From NCBI GenBank assembly GCA_964247055.1, contig OZ176054.1:5270001-5334000 (forward strand): a DNA stretch of 64,000 nucleotides. Direction: 5' to 3'. Of the stretch, positions 1-25,927 are shown one piece after another. The stretch comes from Paragordius varius. Lineage: Eukaryota; Animalia; Nematomorpha. The notes beneath the pieces were generated by a model, which saw only the letters and a list, made by a program, of their open reading frames with translations, ran no database searches and was not told where the DNA came from. A program made the position numbers and the translations under genes. How positions within the stretch are numbered: position 1 is the first letter of the stretch; each line of letters opens with the position of its first letter.

Positions 1-397
1 AGAAATATAATCTTATGGCATAGCGTATTATTTTTTCAGTATTGTAAACGTATTTCATTCTTAAAAAACATATGAATTATTTTAGGGTGAATTTGAACTT
101 AAATGGTATATTTAATAAGTTAGATATTAATACAAACTAAAAAATATGCTTATAGCTTAGGCTCATTTTTAAATATTTTTAGAAAGATGTAAATTTTAAA
201 AACTCATTAACCTTTTGTAGCCATTAATTATTCTATTTTGTAACGTCAATAAAACAAGCAAATATATTATGTATAAAAAAATTAATAATTATCTTTATAA
301 AGAATTCAGAAATATTATTAGCAGCATATTCGTATTTATTGATTTTAAAATCAGCTGTTCATGAGTGTAGCTATGATGATTATTAATACGTTAGTTA

Positions 398-968
398 TTA
401 ACACTTGGATACAACACATCCATTTCAGTCCTTCGATTCAATTAGGGTAGTTGGATACCCCAGGCCTGTTTAAAATCAAATTCTTTAAAAAACATGGCAG
501 GAATCGAAACCTTGGCAAAATTTTTCACTTATATTACATTAATAAACCGAAATATATTAAAAAATTTAATTAAAAATACCTGATATTACTTATTTTCTAA
601 AACTGAAAGGTAAAAATTTAGTCAACGTGACATGTGTGCATTTGCTATATTTAAAAATAATGAAAAATAAATTATTATTTGTATTTCTATCAATGTTAGA
701 TGTAATTTAGATAAAAAATTAGCTTCTTCCCTTAAAATTAAAAGAAGACAATATTTTGTAAAAATTTTAAATAAAAATGGCGTCGAAGTAGTTTGACATA
801 GAATTTTTTTTCAAACCAAATTTTATTTAGACATTTTCGCATATTCATATAATTTTTATTAGGATAAAAGCATAAATTTAAATTGCCGTTTCCTTCAATA
901 GTTTTTTACAAATCTTAACTTTAATTTAGTCTGGGGTGTTTAGATACCAATTTGAATCGAAGTGTTAA
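398..968 (+). mobile_element. piggyBac-like non-autonomous MITE, copy 1
   Basis: TTAA|CACTT...AAGTG|TTAA ends. An internal inverted repeat (TTCGATTCAA...GGGTA-N6-TACCC) is set back from one end by a ~23-nt spacer and abuts the other end, the asymmetric layout known for piggyBac. About 560 bp, no ORF; similar copies at 1121, 2222, 24845 and 25063. Confidence 0.8.
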
Positions 969-1120
969 AAAAGAGTACAATAACAATGTTTGAGAGTTAT
1001 TTAAAAAAGAAGTATCTAAGATATGTGGTTCAAAACTACCAAAAAAATTAAATCGTAAATAAGTAAATGCATAAATAATAATAAAATGCACATCAACTCC
1101 AGATAGTTTATTATTTCACT

Positions 1121-1667
1121 TTAACACTTGGATACAACAAATCATTTTAGTCCTTCGATTCAAATTGGGGTAGTAAAATACCCCAGGCCTGTTTTAAATT
1201 AAATTCTATATAAAATGTGGAAGGAATCTACATGACAAAATTTTGCACTTATATAACATTAATAAACTGAAATATATAAAAAAATTTATTCAAAAAGATA
1301 TAACTTATTTTAAGCTAAAACCGAAAGGTAAAAATGTCAACGTGACACGTGAATGGTAAAATTGAAAAATAATACAAAATGAACGGCTTCTTCTATTTCT
1401 ATCAATTTTAGATGGAATTTAAATAAAAAATTAGCTTTCATTTTACACTTAAAATTAAAAGAAGGCGATATTTTGCAAAATATAAATAGCGTCGAAGTAG
1501 TTTGACATGGAACTTTTTTTCAAAAAAAAATTTTATTATTTATAAAATTTTTATTAGGATAGAAGCATAAGTTTAAATTGGATCCGTTTCCTTCAGTAGT
1601 TTTTAAAAATTCTAACTCAAATTTAGTCTGGGGTATTTAGATGCCCCAATTTGAATCGAATTATTAA
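1121..1667 (+). mobile_element. piggyBac-like MITE, copy 2
   Basis: Starts TTAACACTTGGATACAAC and is collinear with copy 1; right end decayed (GAATCGAATTATTAA). Confidence 0.8.
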
Positions 1668-2221
1668 TTATGATTGAGGAAACTAGTGACACTAGAGTTT
1701 ACTTAAATTTATAAAAAAACTACTAAAGGATTTCAATTCAAATTTACACTTCTATCTCTGTAAAATTATATAAGCCATAATATATAGATGAAATTTATTT
1801 ATGAGAAACTTATATCAATCAATTTCGGAAGTTATCGTGCTTTTTTTCTGACACTAAAATTTAAATTAATTTCTATTACATCACATCATAATTTTTATCT
1901 GAAAAAAGGTTTATTTGGAATTACTTTTATGTTTAGCTGATGGACAATGTTTGTTAGCTAAATTTCAACCTCTTTATCCATAAAATAAGAAGTATCAAGT
2001 TTTTGATAATAATATTTTCTTATCGGTATATAAATTTTATACATATGCATTTTACAATCGCTTTAATTAATCAATATAATATTTATTTTACAGCGGCTCT
2101 TACCGACGACCTTAATTTGAATCGAAGAACTGTAATAATAAAAAGATAAGCGTTTAAGGCATGTTTTTTGTTATATTTAATAATATGTTTTTTTATTTTT
2201 TAAGTATCGTTTTCCAATAAT

Positions 2222-2805
2222 TTAACACTTCGATTCAAATTGGGGTATGTAAATACCCCAGACTAAATTTAAATTAAAATTTTTAAAAAACTACTGAAGG
2301 AAACGGTCCCAATTTAAATTTATGCTTCTATCCTGATTATTATTATATAATATGCCAAAATATCTTGAAAAAATTTTGTTTTGAAAAAAAAGTTCCATCT
2401 CAAACTACTTCGACGCCATTTTTATTTTACATAAATTTTGCAAAATATCGTCTTCATTTAATTTGTAAAACTTAAGCTTATTTTTTATATAAATTACATC
2501 TAACATTGATAGAAATAGAAAAAGCGGTTTATTTTGTATTATTTTTAAATTTTACAATTTGACACATGTCACGTTGACTAAATTTTTACCTTTCAGTTTT
2601 AGCTCAAAATAAGTAATATCAAGTATTTTTGAATAAAATTTTTTATATAATTCGGTTTTTTAATGTTATATAAGTGCAAAATTTTGCCATGGTTTCGATT
2701 GCTTCCATACTTTGTAAAGTATTTGATTTTAAACAGGCCTGGGGTATCCAACTACCCCAATTTGAATCGAAGGACTAAAATGACTGTGTTGTATCCAAGT
2801 GTTAA
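2222..2805 (-). mobile_element. piggyBac-like MITE, copy 3 (inverted)
   Basis: TTAACACTTCGATTC...GTATCCAAGTGTTAA is the reverse complement of copies 1 and 2; TTAA on both sides. Confidence 0.85.
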
Positions 2806-2875
2806 TATCCTATTTTATGTAAATTTAATTCTATAAAACGCAAAAAATCATAGTTTAATCAGCTGAAAACTCTTC

Positions 2876-3807
2876 ATGATATTTAAATTCAAAATTTTGA
2901 GCAAAACCGCTTTTGTAAATATTTTTTTATGCCTTGTTTTCATAAATGCTATAATAATCTCCAAATATTTAATATTAAAGTATAATCAAAATCATTATCC
3001 CATTGCTATAATAATTGGTGTAAAAAAGTGTGGCACTAGAGCTTTATTACATTATCTTAAATTTCATTCATTTATTATAACCATAGATTATGAAGTACAT
3101 TTTTTTGATAGATATTACAACTATAAACTTGGAATTAATTGGTACAAGTATATTTTAATATTAAATTTAGACGTCAATTACCCGATATCTCAACTAATAA
3201 TGTTTTAGTTGAAAAGACACCTAGTTATTATACTTCTAGCCATGTTCCATCACGGATATATTCGTTTAATCCAAATGTTAAATTAATATGTGTTTTAAGA
3301 GACCCAGTATTATGCGCGATTTCCGAATACTCTCAAATTATTACCAAACAACAAAACCTAAAATATATTAAAAAATTTGAAGAATATGTTTTTTTGCCTT
3401 CAAATAAATCTATTAATGCTAATTGGACTGGAATTTCAACGGGTCTTTATATAAATCATTTAGAAAATTGGCTAAAGTACTTCGATATTTCCAAATTTTT
3501 ATTTATCAATAGCCAAATGATGATACATAATCCCAGAAGTGTCATTTCCAAGATTGAAAATTTTTTGCATTTACCGAAAATATCGGATCAATTCGAATTC
3601 GAAAATAATTCCTTAAACAAATTTCCATGTATTAAACGGAATCCAAAATTATTTAAAACGCTAGTAATGAAAAAACTTTGTTTGGGTAGCTTAAAAAGCC
3701 GATATCCACCAAATATTTCTATGAGTATCATTCAAACATTAAAAAATTTTTATCAACCTTATAACATCAAGCTTTTTTCAAAGCTAAACCAAACATTTGA
3801 CTGGTAA
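2876..3807 (+). CDS. HS3ST: Heparan sulfate glucosamine 3-O-sulfotransferase (HS3ST family); 2 exons (2876-3147, 3171-3807)
   Basis: N-terminal hydrophobic anchor; IIGVKKCGTRAL (5'-PAPS loop), EVHFFD, EKTPSY, LRDP...SEY and C-terminal CLG...LKNFYQPYN. Removing the 23-nt GT-AG intron 3148-3170 joins the two ORF-track frames (GINWYK-RQLPD). Confidence 0.92.
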
Positions 3808-3989
3808 TATCATAGGCTAGTTATGTGTGTCTGATCTCAAAAATTATATTTATTAATACTCAAAATAAATAAATTTTTATAATGAGTCTTGTTGGAATCT
3901 CTTTGCTTTATATGTTTACCTTTTCTATAATAGATAAGGAAAAAAAATTAAAGTTTTACTATACCTCTCATTTATTAGTATGTACTCAA

Positions 3990-4570
3990 CCTTAATCTGT
4001 AAAGTTCGCTGTTCTCAGCATCTTCAATTCTTAACATCTATAAGTTTTTTATACTTTCATTTATTGGCATGTGTCGTTAGCCTCAACTTTGGTTTATTGA
4101 AGAGTTGTCTCAAAAGGAATCTCTCTTGTTATTGTTTACTCCATAACATATCTAATTTGTGTTGCGCTAGATCCAATTGAATTGTCTGCGGTTATGTCTT
4201 GACCTACCCGCTTTTAGTGCAGTGTCGACTTTGTAATGTAACATTGTTTTTAGTATGTTCGACGGTTCTCCACGATGCATGTGACCCGTTAATCATAAGT
4301 TACCCATTTGAATCTCATAGACCATTGATTTTATTTGTAGCTCTGTGTGGCTGTCAAAGTTTATTGTGTAATTCAACTTCTTGGGATTGTGCAAATACAA
4401 GTTGTATTAAAAAGTTTACATTCGTATCAAGGTGTATCAAGAAAAGAGTGTAGCAGACCCACGTCGCCACTGTCCACAAAAGACGTCCCTTGCTGCCCTT
4501 CCATACACCAGTCAATGGTGGTTCAGTGACAGCCGTCTACTTGCGTCGGGGGTCGGGTTGACTTCTAGGG
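3990..4570 (-). mobile_element. Decayed RTE-like non-LTR retrotransposon, 3' part
   Basis: Minus-strand MRFKW...GHMHRGEPSNILKTMLHYKVD...KAGR resembles the RLRW-GHV-R...GRP C-terminal block of RTE ORF2; broken by stops and frameshifts. Confidence 0.5.
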
Positions 4571-4790
4571 ATATAATGATAAGTTTATATAAAGATATGT
4601 ATTTAATAAAGTGAAGATATATTTGGCATTAACAGGTAAAATAAATCCAATCGACTATATCCTATATATTTATACAAATGTTTAATAGATTTAATATTCT
4701 TTAAAATATAACGTATGGATATTCTAGCTTAATTCAACCGAATGCATATTTATTATACTGTAAAAGTATTTTTCTTGTTTAATACGATTT

Positions 4791-4967
4791 TACAGTAGCG
4801 TATGGAATAAAAGATTGTTAGTGCAAAATAGAATAAAAAGATGTTTTTTTTAAAAAAACAATCCTAGTTGTAAATACACATATGTATAATGTCCCCTTGT
4901 TTTTTTAAAAAAAACAATTTTTTATTCTATTTTGCACTAACAATCTTTTACTCCATACGCTACTGTA
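4791..4967. mobile_element. Tc1/mariner-type hairpin MITE
   Basis: TA|CAGTAGCGTATGGA...TCCATACGCTACTG|TA with ~75-bp inverted arms. Confidence 0.75.
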
Positions 4968-5489
4968 TAAACCAATATTTAACTTTTGCTAGTGGTATGT
5001 ATTTTCGTTTTTAATCCATGTTTTTTTTATAGTCTATAAATTCCAGTTGGTATTCATAAAGTGTCTGATATTTAAATCAATTTCTCCTTTTTTATGTAAA
5101 TCTAACATTTATAGACCAATAAATTAAATTTTCTTTGATCAATGTCTTAATTAAAACAATTTTTTCCCTTTGTAAAGTCTTCTTAAGATACCGCATTCGT
5201 TATCTTTAATCTATAAATTCCAGTTGTTATTTGCCTTTATAATAGATCTAAAATTCCGCATTATAAATCTCTTTAATTTTTACAAGCAAATTAACACTAG
5301 CAAATGGTTAAGATTTATCATATTTTTTTTTAATGACTTTTTTCATTATAAATAATAAATGTGTAAAATCTAACAGTAGCAAATGGTTAAAATTTAACAA
5401 ACTTTTTAATAGCTATTTTTTAAAAAATAATAAATGTGTAAAATCTAAAAGACATTTAAAATAAAGTAAAATATAAAAATGCTTATCTC

Positions 5490-6310
5490 TAAGTTACGCA
5501 TGGAAGTTCCAAAGGGACTACGTTCTGCTTGGTCGTAGCAACGAAACGAAACTTTCCCGTGCCTGTGTCAGTCTTTCCTCCTATGCGACTACAGCGGCAC
5601 GCCCCACAGCGCTCCTATAATTATGCTAAAAAGCAAAGGCATACAAATGGGGAGCCTAAGTGAGTGCATATAGAGTGACACCTTAGACGAAGCGGTACAC
5701 ATCCCGCTAAGCTATAGACTATCCGGGAAAGATCGTTACATCAGCGTCATGCGGTCGTCCAACCAATACTGGCATGCAATACATTCCCTTGCGTGTTTGT
5801 TGAGAATTTTTTAGTCATAGTATTACCATTATTATAAAGTTATCTCATTTTAGGCAAAGAATTACAAGACAATGTTCGTAAGTCCCAGTAAAAACATAAT
5901 TTTCATTCAATAAGCGTTCTTGTAGATAAAGTGTGATTAGGATTATCATCTCTTATAAATAGTGCATAAAGAGCCAAAAACTCGTTTTCCAATTTTCAGC
6001 GAATAAAAGTATATAGTCTGGTTGTGATTCATAAATCCAAAAGTAACCGAATAAGATATCCAGGCGAAGAAGACAATTCCGCATATAAATATACCAAGAA
6101 TATTTCAAAACTTTTTCGCAAATTGTTTGTAGGATCGGTATGATTAATGTAATGTTATAACCAACATACAAAGATAAATTTACACATGGAATACAAGCTT
6201 GTTGATGAGACAATTTTATCACTCGCTAAGAGCAATTTTCGCATCTAACTCCAACACGCTTTGTGAACCCATTCACAAAAATGTGTTAACCGAATCGACC
6301 GCGCATTAAA
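5490..6310 (-). mobile_element. Decayed LINE (RTE/L2-like) ORF2 C-terminus with GC-richer putative 3' UTR
   Basis: Minus-strand RLTHFCEW...MRKLL...DKIVS...WL*H...LYAELSS resembles the post-RT region of RTE elements; a CxxC remnant (ECIAC) lies near 5780. Confidence 0.45.
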
Positions 6311-6347
6311 TAAAATATAGATTCTTTTTAATTAAAAAGTTAAATCA

Positions 6348-6869
<522 letters not shown>

Positions 6870-8200
6870 TCAGCATCCATGTTTCTGATCCGCATTTTAA
6901 CACCCGTTCAATAGCTTTACTAGTGTGTAATTGTGCTATTGTTGTAAGGATTATACATCTGTTTGGTAAAATAGATTTCCACGAGCATATTTTTTCCAGA
7001 AATGAAATATTCGTATTATTTTCCAGATAAACAAAGATCGCACATATCTCAATCCCAAACTTGTGGTGATAACGTGTAATTAGGTTTCGATTCTGTCATT
7101 GAGCATTTTTGGCATATAAGATATATATTTTTTACTGGATGACTTGGTTGTGGGTTCTGGATCGAATTGCTTTTAACCTCTCCTATTTAAGGCATAGGGA
7201 TTTATTTTTTTAACATGATTCATCAAATCATCGTTCACATAAATCCAAACTTTTCCAGTTTACAAAGCTAGACAGAATTATTCCTATGATCTAGGAGTTC
7301 GTCGTCTGCGTACATGATTTGCCACACCACCTTTTAATTCCATCGAAATTTCCATGATAATGAACAATAAAGAGCTTAGTGTTGACTTTTGATGAAGGCT
7401 GGTAGGTATGATCATTGTTAATGCTGTTTAGATTTCTGAATAACTAATGAGATCAGCACATCCAATAATTTGAGTTGATTTAACATCGCGGATGCCAATA
7501 TGTGTACATTATTAACCTTTTTAAAACTTTCATGCAGTAATTCTCATACTCTTACTTGCCCATGCGATTTAAGTTTTTTTGCCACAAAACCTTGATTAAT
7601 AGATTTATTAAGCTACATCTTATAATATATTACCTTCAACTTTATTCTCGTAATCACACTCATATACTTAAAATATTTCATACTAGGTTTGTCTGAATCA
7701 CAGCACTATTTGAATTGTCTTTAATTTTGCCACAGACAATAATTTACAAAACCAATAGCATAGGGATGTTCAACCCAATCGCTTCTTGGGCGTATTTTCT
7801 ACCCTATAACTTTGGCGGGTCTCATTAAAAAACCAAAGGATATTCAATACGACTGTATAAAAAAATACGATAACGATATATCTACTAATAATATTTCGTC
7901 AACAAAATTTGGATTTAAAATCGCCTAAAATCAAAACGTTAGATTATCTCAATAAAAACCTAAATCCAGTAATATTTACGGGTTTGTAAAAAAGTGAAAG
8001 AACGATAAAATTATAAGAACTCATAGTAATTTAGGATATCCAATTTAAGCGTAAAATGCTGTATATATATTAATAAATAATTAACAGCCTTAAAGCCAGA
8101 AAATATATGCGGCCATATACGACCATCGCAAAAATACGGGGTACACCTTCGCACCAGCATCCATTGTAGCTCAAGTTGAAAAATTATCCGACAGCTTTTG
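6870..8200 (-). mobile_element. Decayed RTE-clade reverse transcriptase
   Basis: Minus-strand motifs in the expected order: SLHQKSTLSSLLFIIME (~7400; cf. GLHQGSALSPFLF), WQIMYADD (~7300), CGSETWMLT (~6880); many stops. Confidence 0.75.
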
Positions 8201-9266
8201 GTGTCTTGTTCCATCTATTAAAATAGTGAAAACTAATTAACTGAAGGAGCTAACAATGTAACCAAAGCGCTATTAAAAGCAACAGATTAATTTAAGGTTT
8301 ATAGCGTAAAAAAGAGTAAAAAAACCGCATTCTATACATTTCATATATCTTACCATATTTTATGATTATTTTTATAATTTATTTCAATTTTATTTTATCA
8401 ATATCATTTTATCTCTTTTTAGTCATTCATTAAAAAAGATACTACAATGCATCAAAAATTTTGCATATAGTTCAATTTTTAAATTTTATATTTATATGAG
8501 GATTACATATTACTGGAGGGAGTAACCCTAACTGCCTCCTATAACCTCAGACGAGTCGCGATTCGTTTTTCCGGTTCCGGCTCAAAGTGCTGTTTTTAAT
8601 AAAAAAAAGTTTTAGCAGCGTTAGCATCTAAAAAATTTTTTAAAATAATAATAAATATCTATGAAATACTTAAAAATTGCAAGAAAGTTTATCAGGATTC
8701 CTATATTCTTTTTTTATTACGAGTAATTTGTGATCATTTTGTGGTAATTGCTCCATAATTGCAAAATTCGCCATGCCCCATACGTCTATTCAAAGAATGC
8801 CAGCCTAATTTGGAAAGAGCAAAAAAGTTTACGACTTTGTAGTCCACAACTAAAAATTAAAATCTTTTAAAAATATTATTTTTCTTTTTATATGTATTTT
8901 ATGATATATTTTAGTGATTAGGAATGAAGCTTTTCACTTTCACTAAAAAAATTATTAAAAAATGTGCGAAAATTTTGTGCTTTTTTGATATGGATCACTT
9001 ACCACAAAAGAGTTCTAATAATTCCTAAAGGCAAACATATTTCCATCAGAATTAATTAATCTTGGTATTTTTTTACCTCTGATTTTATACATTGTGTTAT
9101 GCGTCTTTAAGGTTAAAGAAGGCATTTAATATATATTTATATAATTTAATTTTAAATTACCCAGGAATATAAACTACACAAAGGTCATGAAAAGTTATTA
9201 ATGATATCACCGATCGCTCATAAAATTATTAGTCACATTTTTGTCATTCACTCACAAAACAATTTG

Positions 9267-21684
<12,418 letters not shown>

Positions 21685-22228
21685 ATACATATTTATTATA
21701 AATTTTAGATTAATAAATTAATGATTATTATAGCTTTTAATCGATATATGTTTATTTTGAAAAAAACGCGTGTTTTTTTAAGAGAAATATTATTGGCACA
21801 AAAAACCCTTGAGAGTCTATAATCATCATATAAATTTATGTTTTAAATTGTATAACCTTATCCAATAACTAAATCAAAGCTTTTAAAATAAACTAGTTTA
21901 GTTTCCCTAATATGGAAGTTTAGTTATTTTATCATAAAGTATTATTAATTTTGACCTGTAAGTTTAACCTTAGGTAATGTAAAAAAAACTATTAGAGAAC
22001 ATATCGAGTATTTGATCAATTTGGGTTTTTTAGCCAAGTATTTTAGTGTTTAAATTGAACCATGAAAAAAAACATAGAATTTCATAAAATTAACTTTTAC
22101 CACCGCCAATATAAATATATATTTATTGGAAACATATATTATGACATCATATATGTATGAAGGAAGGAACGTAGATAAGGCCAAAAAAATTGCAAAGCGT
22201 TATTTCATTGTAGGAAAAAAAACTAAAT

Positions 22229-24636
22229 TCATTTTTTGTTTTTTGGGTAACCACATTCAGGGCACATGCCATGAGGAAATAACGCCATAATTTTGTTGTC
22301 TAAAAATTTTAAAGATGAAATAATACTGTTTGGCGTAGAGTTATTGGTAAAGTTTGAAGCGAGTTTGATAGCAGTTCGTACACCGGTTTGCGTGTGTCGA
22401 CTAGAATAAAAAATGAGAATATATATGGTAAGAGTAATAAAAATTGCATTAAATTGAATTGGGACATTTAATTATTTTAGTAGGAGAGTGTAATGTTAGG
22501 GTTAAATAGAGACACCCTATTTCATAAAACAACATGGCTAAATTTGGACTTTTTTACATTTATAAATCAATTTAAAAACAATTTTTTTTGCATGCCAATT
22601 TAGGAACTCAACGCTGACAGATTAGAGACAGATAATCGTTAGCAAGAAAAAATTATGTTAAATACTATTATATAAAATGCATAGTAAGATAACGTTCTTT
22701 TTTTGTTTAATTCCTTCTAATTTAAAAGCGTCTAATACAATGGTTAATGTGGTCAAAAATATAAACAATATAATTCAATATATATCTGAATTCCGAATTC
22801 AGTAAAGTTGATGCACAATGTTTTTTAAAAAATGAAATTTATTAATTTTAATCGATTTGGACATTGAGTAATAAATGATAGGTTTCAAAAAATACTTTTC
22901 ATCATCCCCGTCAAAACTGCTTTCACTTTCAGACAATATATGTTTTATGCTTTGGCTTTCAATACATTTGTTTTGAATGGCATGATTTTGTTGTTTTAAA
23001 CTATTTTCCAATTTAGTTTTTTCAACATCTGAAACAGTTTACAAAAAATATAAAAAATGAAAGTTGGCCCAAAAAAGCTATAATTAAGAAGGCAAAATAA
23101 TATAGAAGCAAAATAATTAGTAAAAAATTCGAAATATAATTTTGATAAAAAAATATACGATTTTTTTGAGTAATTAGCAATTGCTTTTTCAATGTTGCAA
23201 TTTCGGATTTTAATTGTTGCACATGTTGAGATAGGTGTGAAGTTTCCTTTTTCTCACAAAGTAAATGATTAGGAATATTTTCGGAGATCGGATGATCTAG
23301 TTGAGATTGCAGCATCCTATAATATATTCATTAAAAAATGCAAATAAGAACCTCGTTGGTTAATAAAATAATTTTCATCTAAAAAAATTTATATTTCAAG
23401 CGCAATTAAAAATATAAATCAACATAAATATTAAATTATAAATCAGTTATAATATTAAACGGCAAATTTGGATTTTAAGAAATTTCTACACTTAATTATT
23501 TTAGAACGATTCAAAATCAGATCTAAAAAGATCTATTGTAGGCCACATTGATTATGCATATCTAACCCAAGCTCATTATTTTAAAATATTTAAAACTAAT
23601 CCAAAACTTGCCGCTAAATATTTTTTAATTTTTGTTATATCGCTAAAGCAACAATATAAAAAAGTTAAGTTGTGGGTTTTTAGTTCTTAAAAACAATCAA
23701 ATAAAATATGGAAATTATAAAAGTGAATATCAATATTAATTGGCGGTTTTAAAATAAAAACGCAAAATATTGTTAGCAATTATATTGTAAACAGTCAAAA
23801 AGGGAGTTAATTTATAAAATTTAAATTAAATAATAGTACAGGGATACATTTTATATTTACGTAATGTGGATTAAAGATTTTATAAATAAGATAAGTAATC
23901 TTTTATCAAAACATGAACATGATTTCTCATTTGTTATAATAAAATATAACCGTTTTTCTTCTTCAAGCTTTTGCATGCGCTTCCAAAGTTTGTTGACAAG
24001 TGCTTCTTGTTCTTGTTCCAAGGTATTTTCCAACTCAATTTTTTCTCTTCTTAACTGTACGGAAAATAATTCAAAACACAAAAACCTGTTCTAAACCGGC
24101 TTGTTTTGAAGATGTTTCAGCTTCGAGTTTTCGTATTTTTTTGAGGAGCTTATTTACTTGCAGTTCTTGTTCATGTTCCAAAGTTTTTTCCAATTCTACC
24201 TTTTCATATTTTAACTAAACATATTTTAGGAATTATATTACTTGAGTTAGTTTACGGGTTAAATCATTAGTTAAAAACTCTTCCTCTTGCTCATAATTAA
24301 CAGCTAATGACTCCTTTTCCTTTTTGAGTGATTGGATCTTTTTCAAAAGCATGTTACTAATGTATTCCTCCTCTTGTTCTGCTTTAGCTTGCTAGGTTTT
24401 ATTAAATAGATATATACTATGGTAACGCTAGCTTTTTTCAAGAGTTTATTTTCCTCAATTAGTTTGCGGCATTTTAATTTGTAAGTATCCAATTCGGTTT
24501 TAAGAACTTTACCTTCTTGATTCAAAGAATCAATTCGTTTTTGTAATTGCTCTTTGCTTGCTGGTATAAATGTCCTTAAATTTGATCCATCAAAAGAACT
24601 GCAATCACTTTCCAATTCGCTTGCGCTATCAACCAT
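22229..24636 (-). CDS. CCDC6: Coiled-coil domain-containing protein 6; exons 24636-24418, 24391-24242, 24214-24086, 24054-23951, 23316-23159, 23028-22896 and probably 22400-22229
   Basis: [11 protein letters not shown]...[10 protein letters not shown]...[20 protein letters not shown]...[22 protein letters not shown]...LSESESS. Introns of 26, 27, 31, 634, 130 and 495 nt. The last exon is inferred from phase and acceptor only; read-through to a stop at 22799 is the alternative. Confidence 0.9.
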
Positions 24637-24844
24637 AAATTTTATATTAACATAGAAACAGCCTCTTTAGAAAATATTTTTTATCAGTAAAAGGGCTATT
24701 ATATTTTTAAAAATTGACTGTAATAATGAACCAAAAAAATTATTCAATATTTTTTAGGCAAAATATAAAATATTTCATCGCAAATCTTAATGACCAAAAT
24801 TTAGATGTTGCAATTATTATCAAAAAATTTAAAATGCTCTCGAT

Positions 24845-25927
24845 TTAACACTTCGATTTAAATTGTGGTATCTAAACTCCAGTCAATATTTAAGCTGATA
24901 TTTTTGAAAAACTACCGAAAGAAACGGTTCCAATTTAAATTTGTGCTTTTATCATAATATAAATTATAATAAGCCAAAATATCGAAATTAAATTTAATTA
25001 TTAAAAAAAAGTTCCGTACTGAGCCATTTTTTTATTCTTAGCCTAAAATATGGTTTGTTTTTTTAACACTTGGATACAACACCTTCGATTCAAACTGGGG
25101 TAGTTAAATACCCCAGGCCAAATTAAATAATTTAAAAAATATGGAATTTTTGAAGGCAAAAATCTGCACATTTATAACAATAATGAACCGGAATATATAA
25201 AAAATTTCATTTAAAAATACTTGATATTATTATTTTTAGGCAAAATCGCAAGGTAAAAATTTAGTTCACATGACATGTGTGCATTAGCTAAATTTAGAAA
25301 TAATACAAAACCACTTTTTCTGTTTTTCTATCTATGTTAATTGTGATTTACTTGAAGAATTAGCTTTCATTTTATCTTTAAAATCAAATAAACATGATAT
25401 TTGGCAAAAATGTTTTAAAATAAAAATGGCGTCCAAGTAGTTTGATATAGAACTTTTTTTCAAAAATTTTATTTAGATATTTCGGCTTATTTATATAATT
25501 TTATTTAAGAAGAAGCATTAATTTAAATTGGGACCGTTTCTTTCAGTGGTTTTTTAAACATTTCAACTTAAATATAGTCTGGGTATTTCCCAATTAGATA
25601 TGAATCGAAGTGTTACAATCACATTTAACATTGATTTAAAAAGAAAAAGTGGCATATTTTGCTTTATTTTTATATTGCTTATATCCACATATTATGTTAG
25701 ATAAATTTTTATCTTTGGGTTTTACCTCTGTGTGAGAAATATCAAGTATTTATGAATAATTTTTTTTTATATTTCGGTTCATTAATGTTATGTAAGTGCA
25801 AACATTTGCCATGGTTTGAATTTATTCCACATTTTTTGAAATATTTAATTTTAAACAAGCATGGGGTATCTAACTACTTCAATTTGAATCGAAGGACTGA
25901 AATGAATGTGTTGTATCTAAGTGTTAA
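24845..25927 (-). mobile_element. piggyBac-like MITE, copy 4 (inverted), interrupted by copy 5
   Basis: TTAACACTTCGATT at 24845 and CTAAGTGTTAA at 25927; the sequence on either side of the insert continues the copy-3 consensus. Confidence 0.8.
25063..25616 (+). mobile_element. piggyBac-like MITE, copy 5 (nested)
   Basis: TTAACACTTGGATACAAC...GAATCGAAGTG|TTAC, collinear with copy 1. Confidence 0.8.

Noticed and set aside
1925-2150. Possible small plus-strand exons (DGQCLLAKFQPLYP; ALTDDLNLNRRTVIIKR)
   Set aside because: No recognisable homology, in-frame stops, and no consistent splice chain.
3139-3208. Programmed frameshift in HS3ST
   Set aside because: A 23-nt GT-AG intron explains the frame change and restores the conserved sequence.
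5490-5790. GC-rich island as a structured ncRNA (RNase P/MRP, U3, hammerhead)
   Set aside because: No complete diagnostic motif set was found, and it lies directly 3' of a LINE remnant. An Infernal/Rfam scan would settle it.
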